Positions 29,547 through 43,013 are shown, counted from the first letter of the stretch. The stretch is DNA of 64,000 nucleotides from an uncultured Candidatus Saccharibacteria bacterium (GCA_964387275.1 CAYLVW010000003.1:45796-109795); one strand, 5' to 3'. The notes: generated from the sequence alone by a model not told the origin. Made by a program: numbers and translations.

Positions 29547-30212
29547 ATGTTAGGTACAATATTAATCTACGGAGGAACTATAGAAGAAAGAATAGGAAAG
29601 GGAAAAACCTACATAAGTGAATTAAAAATACCTTTAACCCCCAACCCAGATCTATTTATACTAGAAAATGAACCAGATAAAAAAAGCATCGGAATTAAGG
29701 AAACCAAGAATGCAATTGGTTGGCTTGTAGATAGGCCCTTTTCGGCGCCACACAAAGCCTTACTAATTCCCCAAGCTGAAAAACTAACACTTGATGCACA
29801 AAATTCTTTACTCAAAACCCTCGAAGAGCCTCCAACCAAAACCTTAATAGTGCTTTGTACAAAAAGAGAAGAAGACCTAATACAAACTGTTATATCAAGA
29901 AGTAGAAAAATTGCGCTTACTAAAACCAATAACAGCAACACACCAGATATTGACGGGGTTAGCTTTAAAGAAGTACTAAAAATGGATTTGGCTACTAAAT
30001 TAGAAAAATCGACTGAACTTGCAAAATTGGAAAGGTCAGAAATTGTAGATCTTCTAACAAACTGGGAAAATGAAATACATGATAATCTCCTAAGTATTGA
30101 AACTTCTTCACTAATAAATTCGTATAATATTATTAGAGAAGTTAGAATTGATCTGGAGAAAACAAATGTCAGTATTAAGTTTGGTTTGGACTATCTAATG
30201 ACCCAAATCTAA
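29547..30212 (+). CDS. holB: DNA polymerase III subunit delta-prime (short form)
   Basis: NPDL, SIGI, AEKLTLDAQNSLLKTLEEPP, TVISR. Confidence 0.85.
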   Translation: MLGTILIYGGTIEERIGKGKTYISELKIPLTPNPDLFILENEPDKKSIGIKETKNAIGWLVDRPFSAPHKALLIPQAEKLTLDAQNSLLKTLEEPPTKTLIVLCTKREEDLIQTVISRSRKIALTKTNNSNTPDIDGVSFKEVLKMDLATKLEKSTELAKLERSEIVDLLTNWENEIHDNLLSIETSSLINSYNIIREVRIDLEKTNVSIKFGLDYLMTQI

Positions 30213-30233
30213 TGACAAACATTACAATTTTAG

Positions 30234-32240
<2,007 letters not shown>

Positions 32241-32336
32241 TTTACGTGTATTTTCTTTTTTAACATTAAAATAGCTAGCAGGTTACAAGTAATGTGTTAG
32301 CCTATATTTGAATCTTTGTTGGTTTGAATATGATTT

Positions 32337-32388
32337 GGGCGGGCGGGTTGAGGTGGATTATTTTTTACCACTACAGACCCGCCCGCCC
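32337..32388. terminator. GC-rich hairpin between gyrB and an orphan gene
   Basis: GGGCGGGCGGGT...ACCCGCCCGCCC arms. Confidence 0.65.
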
Positions 32389-32447
32389 TATGAACCAAAC
32401 GAAAACCTAAACCAAAAAAACTAACTCAGACAACAACCTTACAAAAC

Positions 32448-32915
32448 CTAAATCAGATCTAAACCACTTCCCCTAAGATTAAGATGAGCAGGTTGGTACA
32501 ACTCGCCGAAAGCTAGATCCTCACACCCACTAGGATATCTATCACTGCATGCCCAAAGCTTGTAGCTTCTTGCATTACTATAATCATAGAAACAACCACC
32601 TCGTTCATTCGTAGCCACAATTCCAACATAAAAATCGAAAATATCTCTAGGCAAAGTAAACATGACGCTCGTCTTTATGCTACCGTTATACCCAAGATAC
32701 TCTACAACATGATGTATTTCAAAAACCAAAATATCCTTCCTAGTTCCAGGAATAGAAATGCGACTATTAAGCTTAGGTTGCATATCAGCTTCACTAAGTT
32801 CGGGGCTAGGATCAAATCTTGTAGCAAGTAGCCTGAGCCAATTAAAAGGAAGCCTAGATCTATAAGAAGCGGGCTCTGCCGTAAAAATACGATTAGGTTG
32901 CCGTGACAGAGCCAT
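32448..32915 (-). CDS. Orphan protein
   Basis: 155-aa ORF with SD GGGAGG; downstream GT-rich linker and hairpin. Confidence 0.6.
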   Translation of the reverse strand: MALSRQPNRIFTAEPASYRSRLPFNWLRLLATRFDPSPELSEADMQPKLNSRISIPGTRKDILVFEIHHVVEYLGYNGSIKTSVMFTLPRDIFDFYVGIVATNERGGCFYDYSNARSYKLWACSDRYPSGCEDLAFGELYQPAHLNLRGSGLDLI

Positions 32916-32986
32916 TAGAGCCTCCCAGCACGGTTGAAAAGACTAAACAAACCTTCAATGAAACATCTGACAAACACCTGAACCAT
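32915..32986 (-). CDS. Putative 23-aa upstream ORF coupled to the orphan gene
   Basis: SD AAAGGAG, ATG 32986, MVQVFVRCFIEGLFSLFNRAGRL, TAATG overlap with the next start. Confidence 0.4.
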   Translation of the reverse strand: MVQVFVRCFIEGLFSLFNRAGRL

Positions 32987-33079
32987 TGTAGCTCCTTTGC
33001 AAATGGGCGAATCATCCCACCAGCAGCTTACAATTCTACCAACTTGAATAACAAAAGCCAAATCTGGTAGACTGCATCA

Positions 33080-34033
33080 ATGAAAATATACACAATAGGG
33101 CATTTATCTCCAGATCTAGATGCAATAACCTCAGCTGTTGCATATGCAGAGTATTTAACAGTTTCTAAAAAATATAATGATGCTGTCGTAACACCATTAA
33201 GGCCAGGTAGCCCAAATAAAGAAGTGGACTATATTTTCAACAAATTCGGGCTAGCCATACCAAAACACATTGAAGAGGTGGAAATACTACCTGAAGACAA
33301 AATAATTCTGGCTGATCACAACGAACAAGCACAAAGACATCCAAAAATTAATCCCGAGCAAATTATGGAGATTGTTGACCACCATAAGATTAACGTAAGC
33401 TTCAACAATCCTATAAAAGTAGACATTAGGCCCATAGGCGCAACTGCAACAATAGTTTCTGACTATTTTGAGTTACTTAAAATATCCCCAACCCCACAAT
33501 TAGCGTCAGCAATGGTGTGTGCAATTTTGTCAGATACATTGGGCTTAAAAGCAGCCACAACAACAGAAACAGACATTAGAGCAGTAGAAAAGCTTACAAA
33601 AAACTTTAACTTAACTGTAGACGAGCTTATTTTTGATGTATTCAAAGCTAAATCAGACTTAAGCGGGATGTCATTTGTTGAGATAGTAAAAAAAGATTAT
33701 AAAATGTTTGAGTTTTCAGGCAAAAAGGTCTTTATTGGTGGTATTGAGACTGTAGAACCAGAAAAAGTTCTAGAATCAAAACAAGATCTAGTTACTGCAC
33801 TTGGGGAAGTAAAAAAAGAACTAGGAGCTGATCTTGGGTTTATATTTGTATCAGATATTCTAAAAATATACTCAATTGGTATATATCAAAGTGATGATGA
33901 AAGAACAGTTTTAAATAAAGCTTTTAATGTAGATGCGGGGGATTTCTCAATTCATGTGGGTCCTATAACCTCAAGAAAAAAAGATATAGCCCCAGCTATT
34001 GAAAAAGCCTTAATCCTAAGCACGATTAGATAA
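33080..34033 (+). CDS. ppaC: Mn-dependent inorganic pyrophosphatase (family II, DHH/DHHA2)
   Basis: GHLSPDLDA, ADHNE, VDHH, ILSDT, KDYK, SRKK. Confidence 0.93.
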   Translation: MKIYTIGHLSPDLDAITSAVAYAEYLTVSKKYNDAVVTPLRPGSPNKEVDYIFNKFGLAIPKHIEEVEILPEDKIILADHNEQAQRHPKINPEQIMEIVDHHKINVSFNNPIKVDIRPIGATATIVSDYFELLKISPTPQLASAMVCAILSDTLGLKAATTTETDIRAVEKLTKNFNLTVDELIFDVFKAKSDLSGMSFVEIVKKDYKMFEFSGKKVFIGGIETVEPEKVLESKQDLVTALGEVKKELGADLGFIFVSDILKIYSIGIYQSDDERTVLNKAFNVDAGDFSIHVGPITSRKKDIAPAIEKALILSTIR

Positions 34034-34091
34034 AAAAGTTTCTAATATTTCATTGAAACACCAATAAAAAGCTGATAATATATTCAGGCAT

Positions 34092-36722
34092 ATGGCATCA
34101 AAAAATAAAGAAATTCGACCATTTGAACAAGACAACCCAGATGGGATTATAAACTCCGATATTACATCAGAAATGCAATCAGCATATCTTGATTACGCTA
34201 TGTCAGTTATTGTTTCAAGAGCACTTCCTGATGTAAGAGACGGTCTAAAGCCTGTTCATAGAAGAATCATATATGCCATGCAGGAACACAACATGATACA
34301 CACAGGTAAGTTCCATAAGTCTGCAACAGTTGTTGGTAATGTAATGAGTAAATACCACCCACACGGAGATGTTGCTATTTATGATTCTCTGGTTAGAATG
34401 GCCCAAGACTTTACACTTAGATACCCACTAGTAATTCCACAAGGTAACTTTGGTAGCATCGACGGAGACCCAGCAGCTGCGATGAGATATACAGAGTGTA
34501 AATTAGCCCAAGTATCCGAAAAACTATATGCAGATATAGACAAAGATACAGTTGATGTAGAACTAAATGACTTGCAAAATGAAGAACCAAGATTTCTCCC
34601 ATCAGTTCTACCAAATTTGTTATTAAACGGGTCCTCTGGTATTGCAGTTGGTATGGCCACTAATATACCGCCACATAACTTAGGTGAAGTTGTAGATGGG
34701 TTAATTCATACCATGGATAATGCAGAAACATTGGGCAATGAAAAAGACATCTACGAAGTAGAACTAAACTTAAACTTTAACAAAAACAGAGAGAAAAAAA
34801 TCGGAGATACAGTAAGAGTTGTAAAAACCGAATTTTCGTCGTCAGCATCAGTAGAAGACCTGATTAATCATATAAAAGGACCGGACTTCCCAACTGGTGG
34901 AATAATATACGATCAAAAAGAAATCATTCAAATGTATGCAACAGGCAAGGGAAGAGTAGTAACCAGAGCAAAAATGGAAATAGAAGAATCTAAAACAGGT
35001 AAAACAAAGATCATAGTCACGGAAATCCCATACCAAGTTAATAAAGCTACCCTCATAGGTAAAATTGCAGACCTAGCAAGAGAGAAAAAAATAGACGGGA
35101 TATATGACCTCAGAGATGAGTCAAATAGAGAGGGTATGAGAATAATGATTGAGCTTAAAAAAGAAGCTATAGCAAAAAAAGTACAGAATCAACTCTACAA
35201 ATATACACAGCTTCAAAACACATTTAATGCAAACATGGTAGCTCTTCTGGATAATGAACCACTATTGATGCCTCTAAAAATGATGTTAGAGGAATTTATA
35301 AAGCATCGACAAAAAATCGTTGTCAGAAGAACCATTTTTGATCTTAGAAAATATAAAGAAAGGGAACACATTTTAGCAGGCCTTAAAAAAGCCCTGGATC
35401 ATCTGGACGAAATAATAAAACTTATTAGAGGCTCAAAAGATGCAGAAACTGCAAAAATAGGCTTAATAGAAAAATTTGATTTCACGGAAATACAAGCACA
35501 AGCAATCTTAGACATGCAACTTAGAAAACTTGCTGCTTTGGAGAGAAAAAAGATTGAAGATGAACTTGAGGAAATTACGAAAACCATAAAAGGTTTAGAA
35601 GCTCTACTAATATCACCAAAAAAGATTGCAGAAACAATAAAATCAGAACTTTTGGCTTTAAAAGAACAATATGGCGATGAAAGAAAAACAAAAGTAATCA
35701 AGGGTAAGGTAGGTGAACTATCTGATGAAGATTTAATAGTTGATGAAGCCTGTATTCTTACAATATCAGACAACGGATATATTAAAAGATTAAAAGAGGA
35801 TACATATAAAAAGCAGGGAAGAGGAGGTAAGGGTGTTACAGGCCAAACACTAAAAGAAGAGGATGAGGTTTCTATGCTACGAACCTGCAGAACCCATGAC
35901 TATGCGTTGTTTTTCACCAACCTAGGAAAAGCCTATAAATTAAGAGTTTGGGAAATAGCAGAGTCTTCTAGAACCGCAAAAGGCACGGCTCTTGTGAATT
36001 ACCTAAATATCCAAAAAGAAGAAAAAGTAGAATCGCTTCTTACCCTAACTCCTGAAGAATTTGAAAGCAGCAAAGGATATGTATTCTTCGGAACTCAAAA
36101 AGGTAATGTTAAAAAAACAAGCCTAGAGGAGTTCGCCAATATTAGAGCCTCTGGTATTATTGCAATAAAACTAGACGCAAATGACAGCTTAGTCTGGGCC
36201 CAAGTATCTTCGGGATCTGATACAGTACTTCTTACAACAGCACAAGGTCAGTCTATAAGATTCACTGAAAAAGATGTAAGACCTATGGGTAGAGCAGCAG
36301 CAGGTGTAATTGGAGTAAAACTCGCAAAAAGAGACGACAGGGTAGTTGGCATGGTTGTAATACCACAAAAATTAGGAAACCTCGATCTTATTACAGTAAC
36401 CGAATTGGGTTACGGTAAAAAAACCAAACTAGCTGAGTACAAAGTACAGGGAAGGGGCGGATCAGGTATACAAACCCATAAAGTCAATGATAAAACAGGG
36501 GAGCTTGTAAACGCCAAAACTCAAGATGAAACTTCGACTGGGGATATATTAATTGCAACACTAACCGGAAAAGTGATAAGAATTACCAACAGCTCAATCC
36601 CACAACAAGGAAGAGCTACAAGTGGAGTCAGACTCATCAGACTAGAAGAAACAGATAAGGTAACATCGGTGGCCTTGATAGAAGAAATTGAATCTGCAGT
36701 AGATCCGGAATTAAACCCCTAG
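34092..36722 (+). CDS. gyrA: DNA gyrase subunit A
   Basis: [29 protein letters not shown], GyrA box QGRGGKG, C-terminal pinwheel. Confidence 0.97.
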   Translation: MASKNKEIRPFEQDNPDGIINSDITSEMQSAYLDYAMSVIVSRALPDVRDGLKPVHRRIIYAMQEHNMIHTGKFHKSATVVGNVMSKYHPHGDVAIYDSLVRMAQDFTLRYPLVIPQGNFGSIDGDPAAAMRYTECKLAQVSEKLYADIDKDTVDVELNDLQNEEPRFLPSVLPNLLLNGSSGIAVGMATNIPPHNLGEVVDGLIHTMDNAETLGNEKDIYEVELNLNFNKNREKKIGDTVRVVKTEFSSSASVEDLINHIKGPDFPTGGIIYDQKEIIQMYATGKGRVVTRAKMEIEESKTGKTKIIVTEIPYQVNKATLIGKIADLAREKKIDGIYDLRDESNREGMRIMIELKKEAIAKKVQNQLYKYTQLQNTFNANMVALLDNEPLLMPLKMMLEEFIKHRQKIVVRRTIFDLRKYKEREHILAGLKKALDHLDEIIKLIRGSKDAETAKIGLIEKFDFTEIQAQAILDMQLRKLAALERKKIEDELEEITKTIKGLEALLISPKKIAETIKSELLALKEQYGDERKTKVIKGKVGELSDEDLIVDEACILTISDNGYIKRLKEDTYKKQGRGGKGVTGQTLKEEDEVSMLRTCRTHDYALFFTNLGKAYKLRVWEIAESSRTAKGTALVNYLNIQKEEKVESLLTLTPEEFESSKGYVFFGTQKGNVKKTSLEEFANIRASGIIAIKLDANDSLVWAQVSSGSDTVLLTTAQGQSIRFTEKDVRPMGRAAAGVIGVKLAKRDDRVVGMVVIPQKLGNLDLITVTELGYGKKTKLAEYKVQGRGGSGIQTHKVNDKTGELVNAKTQDETSTGDILIATLTGKVIRITNSSIPQQGRATSGVRLIRLEETDKVTSVALIEEIESAVDPELNP

Positions 36723-36841
36723 CTTTTCGTAAATAAACTGTGAACTGATTAGTCTACCTCACCTTTTTTCTTATAGGTAATGGTCAATATGCACACCAAC
36801 ATGGTTAAAATCCGTGTTTCACCTGCCACGAAAATAAAAAG

Positions 36842-36875
36842 TACCCACACCTCAGTTCAAACCTTAGTGTGGGTA
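36842..36875. terminator. Hairpin 3' of the orphan at 36884-37288
   Basis: TACCCACAC...GTGTGGGTA; U-rich tail on the minus strand. Confidence 0.65.
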
Positions 36876-36883
36876 TTAAAAAG

Positions 36884-37288
36884 CTAATAACTCAAATCGC
36901 GTAAAAACCCCTCTACGTTATCCAACCAAGACTGATCCCCAGTTCTTACAACCTCAGCGTATTTCTTATCAAAAAGTTCCCTAATGTAGCTCTCACTTGC
37001 ACTAATATATACATAAATATTATCTCTAAGAAGAGCACTAAGGGCGGGCAAAGTTTCATTGTAGAAATGTTTGAGATTATTTCTTGAATCACTAACTCCT
37101 ATATATGGATAATCGTGAACTTTATAGATATGTAATCCATACTCAATACCTTTGTATTCAACAAATAAAACGTTGCACTTCGCACCTGATCTGCACAACA
37201 CACCTCTAATTGAAACCCTACCACTACGTAAGCCTTCAACAAGAGTTCTTAGCAGTGCATAGTCATATTCGGTGATACGTGCCGACAT
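36884..37288 (-). CDS. Orphan protein
   Basis: 134-aa ORF with SD GAGGAGG. Confidence 0.7.
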   Translation of the reverse strand: MSARITEYDYALLRTLVEGLRSGRVSIRGVLCRSGAKCNVLFVEYKGIEYGLHIYKVHDYPYIGVSDSRNNLKHFYNETLPALSALLRDNIYVYISASESYIRELFDKKYAEVVRTGDQSWLDNVEGFLRDLSY

Positions 37289-37433
37289 CTTGCCTCCTCT
37301 TTCCGTAGACTTTGGAAATACTAACTTACACTACTACAAATGTCAAAATCAAAACCAGGGCTATAAAATGCTGGGTTGTGCATAGCCTATATTTCTAAAC
37401 TTATGCCTCTCCACGCTGTTGCCTTACAAAAAA

Positions 37434-37470
37434 GGGCTCCATAAATACCAAACGGCACTATATGGAGCCC
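37434..37470 (-). terminator. Intrinsic terminator
   Basis: GGGCTCCATA...TATGGAGCCC followed by a T6 run on the minus strand. Confidence 0.75.
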
Positions 37471-37508
37471 AAATAAACTATTACTTCTCTCTACTTCACA
37501 AAAAAACC

Positions 37509-37949
37509 TTACTCATCGTTAGTTGAAAGCAAAAACTCAGCAAGATTAAAACGAAACCGCCGGTTAGTAGCGAGTCTCTTCTTTGTTTGTACAGCAACAG
37601 CAGCCTTAAACTTCCTAAGAATTGAAACAAAAATATCAGGATATCTTGTCAATTCAAAGTCATATAAAGCCATATCCCGCAACTTTTCTACACAAAGATC
37701 TCCGGTGACAATCCCCGTACCTTGCCTATCAACAATGGCAACCTTAAGAGTGTCTGGACAATTACGAACATTAGTAATAGTAATTTTCCTGTATCTATCA
37801 AGAACCACAAGAATATACCCATCCGGGTTTGTAATAGTATCGGTCTCAACTACATGCAGTTCTGTAGACTTCAGACCTTTAATTACATCAAAAACGTAAT
37901 CCAGCAACTCAAATACCTGTCTATTTGTAGCAACATACAGACCGTGCAT
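37509..37949 (-). CDS. Orphan protein
   Basis: 146-aa ORF with SD AGGAG. Confidence 0.65.
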   Translation of the reverse strand: MHGLYVATNRQVFELLDYVFDVIKGLKSTELHVVETDTITNPDGYILVVLDRYRKITITNVRNCPDTLKVAIVDRQGTGIVTGDLCVEKLRDMALYDFELTRYPDIFVSILRKFKAAVAVQTKKRLATNRRFRFNLAEFLLSTNDE

Positions 37950-37992
37950 TTGTTTTTCTCCTGCTTGAAAGACTCTTTATCTACTGAGTCAA

Positions 37993-38448
37993 TTACTCTG
38001 TAAAGCTCCTAAGAAGTTCTTTAAGCCACCTATCAATACCAAAGTGTTCACGAAGCCCATCTGCTCCGTATTTATGGTCCAACGCTGACGCAATAATACT
38101 AGTAACACTCTCGTATAGTTCGTTGAAATCGTTATTCTCAGCATATGTCAACCTCTTACCGTTATAAACCTCAATAAGTACCGGCTCTCTACTTACTCTA
38201 TTACCATATACTGTAATAGTAAGCTCAGAGCTTGTATTAGCATCAATCTCAGGTCTATAAATTACTTGAATTGAGGTATCGTTGGAACCTAGCAAGGTAA
38301 AAATACAAATTCTATCCCTCTCCCTATATTCAAAATTAAAAGTGTTGCTAGCCAAGGCCTTGATACCAAGAGTCACAAGTAGGGTGTGTACCGTTTTAAG
38401 AAGATCAAATCTACCTTTAGTATTGAGTCTTCGGATACCGCTTGCCAT
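37993..38448 (-). CDS. Orphan protein
   Basis: SD AAGGAG before ATG 38448 (MASGIRR...); the longer ORF start overlaps rnhB. Confidence 0.65.
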   Translation of the reverse strand: MASGIRRLNTKGRFDLLKTVHTLLVTLGIKALASNTFNFEYRERDRICIFTLLGSNDTSIQVIYRPEIDANTSSELTITVYGNRVSREPVLIEVYNGKRLTYAENNDFNELYESVTSIIASALDHKYGADGLREHFGIDRWLKELLRSFTE

Positions 38449-38507
38449 CTCGTCTCCTTTTCCACTATCGGTCAGAATTTTACTAGGAAATACTATATAA
38501 TGCAAAT

Positions 38508-39212
38508 GTGCTCGAATACGAAAAAAACCTGCTATCACAGCAAAAAATACATATAGCCGGTGTGGATGAGGTGGGTAGAGGCTGCCTGGCAGGTCCTATG
38601 GTGATAGCTGCAGTAATATTAGACCACAAACACATTGAGCAATTAACAAGTAGAAATAACGACGTCTCAAATGGTATGAAGGAATTAGACATTGGAATAG
38701 TTACTAAATATACCCAAATTAAAGATTCTAAGCAGATTAGCGACAAAAAGAGAAGGGAACTAGCAAAATTTATTAAACAAGCTGCAATTACGTACTCAAT
38801 TATAGAAATTAGTGCGTCAAATATTGATAAATACGGTATTTCTATGTGTACTAATTACGGGTTTCGTGAAGCTGTATCAAAACTCACCATACGACCCCTG
38901 CATATACTGACGGATGCATTTAAGATAACTGGAATAAATCCCAATATTCAAACAAATTTGGTAAAAGGCGATACAAAGTCCATATCTATAGCATCTGCAT
39001 CAATAATCGCAAAGGTATACAGAGATGATCTGATGATAAAACTCTCCCAAGATAATAACTATAGTATGTATGGTTTTGACAAGCACAAAGGGTATGGCAC
39101 TGCTCTGCATCTTTCAAAAATAAACGAACATGGATCCTCAGACATTCACAGAACAACTTTTGCCCCAATTTCCCACCTAATAACAAACTCTTACAAAAAG
39201 CCCACTAAGTAG
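38508..39212 (+). CDS. rnhB: Ribonuclease HII
   Basis: AGVDEVGRGCLAGP, KDSK, KGD...IASASIIAKVYRD, KHKGYGT. Confidence 0.95.
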   Translation: MLEYEKNLLSQQKIHIAGVDEVGRGCLAGPMVIAAVILDHKHIEQLTSRNNDVSNGMKELDIGIVTKYTQIKDSKQISDKKRRELAKFIKQAAITYSIIEISASNIDKYGISMCTNYGFREAVSKLTIRPLHILTDAFKITGINPNIQTNLVKGDTKSISIASASIIAKVYRDDLMIKLSQDNNYSMYGFDKHKGYGTALHLSKINEHGSSDIHRTTFAPISHLITNSYKKPTK

Positions 39213-39282
39213 AGTATTACATATACTAACTAAGAATTTTTTTCTATTGACCTCCAAATGTTCATTAGATAATATAAGGTAC

Positions 39283-40347
39283 GTGACTGAACACGATTTT
39301 CCATTAGCTTTATCATATGACGACGTTTTGCTCGTCCCTTCATATTCCGAAATAACATCAAGGTCCCAAGTAAGCACTAAAACCAAACTATCAGAGAAGT
39401 TAACTTTAGAGATCCCGCTAATTTCAATAAATATGGATACTGTCACTGGTGTAGAAATGGCTATAAAAATGTCAGAACTGGGTGGGTTGGGTCTTATACC
39501 AAGATTTGATGCCCCAGGTATCCAAGCTGAAAAAGTGACTAAAGTTAAAAAAGCAGGTCAGCGTGTAGGTGCTGCTCTAGGTTGTAAGGAAGGTTTCCTG
39601 GAGAGAGCTGAGATTTTAGTAAACTCCGGCGCTGACCTACTGACAATTGATGTTGCTCATGGTCACATGAAAAAAGCCTTAGAAGCAACAAGTGATTTAA
39701 AAAACAGATTTGGAGATCTAATAACTATAATGTCAGGGGTTGTAGCTACATATGAAGGTGCCAAAGATCATTTTATGTATGGAGCTGATGTTGTGAGAGT
39801 AGGGGTAGGTCCGGGTACAATTTGTACTACTAGAGTTGAAACTGGTTTTGGGGTTCCACAAATTACAGCGATATCTGAGGCGGCTAGAGCTGCCAGGGAA
39901 GCTGGTAAGGTAATTGTGTCAGACGGAGGTGCTACTACTTCAGGGCACATAGTTAAAGCTCTAGCCGCCGGGGCATCTGCACATATAGCAGGATCTATAT
40001 ATGCAGGAACAGACGAAGCCCCAGGAGAGAAAGTGGAAATAGATGGAAAGATCTACAAAGAGTACAATGGTTCTACTTCCAAAAAAGAAAAGCTTAGACA
40101 AATAGAAAAGGATAACTCAGACAAAGATCACTCCTACGCAAAACATATAGAGGGAGTTGAAGCATTTGTTCCATACAAAGGCCCTGTCTCAGAAATAGTA
40201 GAGAAGTATGTCCATAACATCAGATCTGGTCTTAGTTATGCCGGCGCAGAAAATATACCGGATTTGTGGAAAAAGGCTAAATTTATTAGAATAACAGGTG
40301 CGGGTTTCAAGGAAAGCCAGGCTCACGACGTTGTACTAATAAGATAA
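39283..40347 (+). CDS. IMP dehydrogenase/GMP reductase family protein lacking CBS domains
   Basis: [41 protein letters not shown]; GuaB versus GMP reductase cannot be decided by eye. Confidence 0.88.
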   Translation: MTEHDFPLALSYDDVLLVPSYSEITSRSQVSTKTKLSEKLTLEIPLISINMDTVTGVEMAIKMSELGGLGLIPRFDAPGIQAEKVTKVKKAGQRVGAALGCKEGFLERAEILVNSGADLLTIDVAHGHMKKALEATSDLKNRFGDLITIMSGVVATYEGAKDHFMYGADVVRVGVGPGTICTTRVETGFGVPQITAISEAARAAREAGKVIVSDGGATTSGHIVKALAAGASAHIAGSIYAGTDEAPGEKVEIDGKIYKEYNGSTSKKEKLRQIEKDNSDKDHSYAKHIEGVEAFVPYKGPVSEIVEKYVHNIRSGLSYAGAENIPDLWKKAKFIRITGAGFKESQAHDVVLIR

Positions 40348-40407
40348 GCGCCATACTGCCACTTTTACCTGTAATAACAGGCAAAACCTCAAACCCATAC
40401 AACATAT

Positions 40408-41457
40408 ATGAAAACTAATCAAAAATTATTCAGAATAGTTGCCTTTATAGTATTTGTGATACTACTGCTTGGGGTTCTTGGCATATTTTCATCAAGTCTA
40501 TTCTTCAAAATCCTGAACTTTATATGGATTTTCTTCATGATATGCGCAATTATCTTTATATTTCTAGGAATAATGGTCATTTTTGGACTTAGGAAAGAAG
40601 CTGAAAGAATTTTAGATTTTCTATTGGAGGGATCATTAACTATAGTAGACTTTGTCGAGTTCCTTAGAAAAATATGGAGGAAATTTCTTGCTTTACTTAA
40701 AGACTTCCTAACATACTTTATACCGTTTACAGCTGTGTTAATAACCATAGTTATTTATTTTGTACTCATTTATCTGTTTAAATATGTAGGTAAAACCTAT
40801 GATGTAACATACCTAGCTGTGGGTCTTACTATATTACTTATCACTGCGGTTAACTTTATTCCAGCTCAAAGTGAGGGAGATGAACTAGTTACCTGGTCTA
40901 AAATGGTATCAAACTCCTTTAAAAGTGTACTTAGAGATTCAATGGAACTAATGATTTTCGTTTTCTTCTTAACAATGGATAGCACAAACTTGTTCTTTAT
41001 TCCGGAAAGCTTAAATGTCCCACTTCACTCTGCAATTGGAACCTATGATCTTATGAAACGAGGGATAGTTTTTAAGGATCATACAGATGTAACTCTTACT
41101 TTGGTGATTGCAACAATTGGACTAGAGGTTTTCAGGTATTTTCTAAAATTAGCGAGACAAGCAATCATTTTCTATGAAAAATCTGCAATGGAACCATCAA
41201 TAAATAGATCATTATTAATTAAAGATTCAATAAGACTCAGTTTCTCAAACTCAAAGAGGGAAGTATTAAAGTTTATAACTTTCACCACCTTCCTTATCTC
41301 AGTTTTCTTACTATTTCCTAGGCTTAAGACCCTACTTATGGTGGTCACTAGTGTGAACCTGTTGATACTGGATCTCATAAAACCCGACCGTTTGGTTATA
41401 AAAAGCAGTTCTGATCTGATAAGCAGAATACTCGGAAAAATCTTTAGACTAAGTTAA
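40408..41457 (+). CDS. Multi-pass membrane protein of unknown function
   Basis: 349-aa ORF with several hydrophobic segments. Confidence 0.75.
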   Translation: MKTNQKLFRIVAFIVFVILLLGVLGIFSSSLFFKILNFIWIFFMICAIIFIFLGIMVIFGLRKEAERILDFLLEGSLTIVDFVEFLRKIWRKFLALLKDFLTYFIPFTAVLITIVIYFVLIYLFKYVGKTYDVTYLAVGLTILLITAVNFIPAQSEGDELVTWSKMVSNSFKSVLRDSMELMIFVFFLTMDSTNLFFIPESLNVPLHSAIGTYDLMKRGIVFKDHTDVTLTLVIATIGLEVFRYFLKLARQAIIFYEKSAMEPSINRSLLIKDSIRLSFSNSKREVLKFITFTTFLISVFLLFPRLKTLLMVVTSVNLLILDLIKPDRLVIKSSSDLISRILGKIFRLS

Positions 41458-41524
41458 AAAATATCCAATAAACTTTTTATATGATACTGTTTACATTTAA
41501 CCCGCAGCAGAGGCTTATTTATAG

Positions 41525-42508
41525 TCACTCATCATCATTAAAATCCTCACTATCTATTTCTTTATGAAATTTCTCATGTATGTCCTTTAACTGTTTGTTA
41601 GTGACATGGGTATAAATTTGGGTTGTTGATACATTTGAGTGACCTAATAACTCCTGGACAGAGCGCAAATCAGCCCCATTTCGCAGTAAATCCGTTGCAA
41701 AAGAGTGCCTCAGTGTATGCGGAGTTGCATCAACACTTATACCCGCTCTTAATGTATATTTCTTAACAAGTCTTTGAACACTTCTGACAGTAAGCCTCAG
41801 GGATTCACCCTCAAAATCTTCAGGCTCCATATGCTTACCACTATATCTAAGAAATAGAGGATCAAAACTGTCTATTCTGGTACCTAAATATCTTTTTAAC
41901 CAGCTCCTAGCACTTTCTCCTAAAAACACCATTCTTGCCTTACGACCTTTACCAATTACTGTAAACTCACCAGTATTTAAATTAATATCGCCTTTATTTA
42001 GCTTTACCAACTCACTTACTCGAAGACCAGTTGTAAAAAGTGTCTCTAAGATCGCCCTATCTCTTAAACCAGATTTTTTGTTTAAATCTTGCACTTCAAA
42101 TAATCTCTTCAGTTGATCATTGTCCAGTACTTTAGGGACCCTGTCTTCCATTTTCCCAAGAATAATCTGATCCGGGGAAATTACCTCAATTTTTTCTTCT
42201 ACCAGCAAATATTTTAAAAAAGCTCTTGCAGCAACCAAAAAAGTTTTTTGAGTAGTTCTTTTAAACTCGGTGTTAAATTTTTTGCTTTTGCGCCTGTTTA
42301 AATCCAATCTGTATTTCCTGATTAATTCTTCGCTTAAATCCTTGGCAGTTAACTTGTCCTTACTAAGCTGAGCAGAGCACCAGTCTAACATGTCAGTAAG
42401 ATAAAAGTGGTACATTTTTATGGTATTTTGAGACAAGTTTTTTTCAATCTCACAATGCTCTAAATATCTAATTAAAAGGTCGTGAAGGGTTTTTCCAGAT
42501 TGTGGCAT
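41525..42508 (-). CDS. XerC/XerD-family tyrosine recombinase
   Basis: SAM-like N-domain (EKNLSQNT), RDRAILE..TGLRVSEL, GKGRK, TPHTLRHSFAT, QELLGHS...TTQIYTHV; start set at ATG 42508. Confidence 0.95.
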   Translation of the reverse strand: MPQSGKTLHDLLIRYLEHCEIEKNLSQNTIKMYHFYLTDMLDWCSAQLSKDKLTAKDLSEELIRKYRLDLNRRKSKKFNTEFKRTTQKTFLVAARAFLKYLLVEEKIEVISPDQIILGKMEDRVPKVLDNDQLKRLFEVQDLNKKSGLRDRAILETLFTTGLRVSELVKLNKGDINLNTGEFTVIGKGRKARMVFLGESARSWLKRYLGTRIDSFDPLFLRYSGKHMEPEDFEGESLRLTVRSVQRLVKKYTLRAGISVDATPHTLRHSFATDLLRNGADLRSVQELLGHSNVSTTQIYTHVTNKQLKDIHEKFHKEIDSEDFNDDE

Positions 42509-42539
42509 AACATATATGTTAACAGATATTTGTATGGAG

Positions 42540-42550
42540 TTTAACGACAT
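42540..42550. promoter_or_regulatory. Single dif-like arm (TTTAACGACAT) in the xer promoter region
   Basis: Identical to the right arm of the 43423-43450 palindrome; lies ~32-42 nt upstream of the xer start. Confidence 0.5.
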
Positions 42551-42594
42551 TAATTTATAATTATAAATCGATTTTGGTGGCTGTGGATTGAATT

Positions 42595-42626
42595 GGGGCG
42601 GCCTTTTTCATGAAAAAGGCCGCCCC
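42595..42626. repeat. Perfect 32-bp palindrome 3' of an orphan gene (possible terminator)
   Basis: GGGGCGGCCTTTTTCA|TGAAAAAGGCCGCCCC. Confidence 0.8.
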
Positions 42627-42665
42627 CAACACCCAAACAACAAAACCAGCCATATTGTGACAAAA

Positions 42666-43013
42666 TCAAAAAGAAATAGAAACAGTGAGATAAGTCGGTG
42701 TTGAAAACTTAACATCAAAAACATAGCATTGAGAGTTTAAAGCCCTCATAAAATCCCCATACAACAAGTCATAGTCACCGAAAACTCTCTTAAGAAGAGT
42801 GGAAACGACATAAATAGTATTCCATAAACACATATTCCTGTAGATGCTTTCTGGTATACCAGCTTCTAGCTGTCGTTCAGAATTAATATAACCTACAGTA
42901 ATAGTTGTAACCTTGCCACTCTTTACCAAGTCAAAAAAACTAGGAGTAAGTTCTAATTTAAACCTAGGCAACATAGTATCGAAAAGGGACAAACTTCCTG
43001 TTCCGAGTGTCAT
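42666..43013 (-). CDS. Orphan protein
   Basis: 115-aa ORF with SD AAAGGAGG. Confidence 0.6.
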   Translation of the reverse strand: MTLGTGSLSLFDTMLPRFKLELTPSFFDLVKSGKVTTITVGYINSERQLEAGIPESIYRNMCLWNTIYVVSTLLKRVFGDYDLLYGDFMRALNSQCYVFDVKFSTPTYLTVSISF

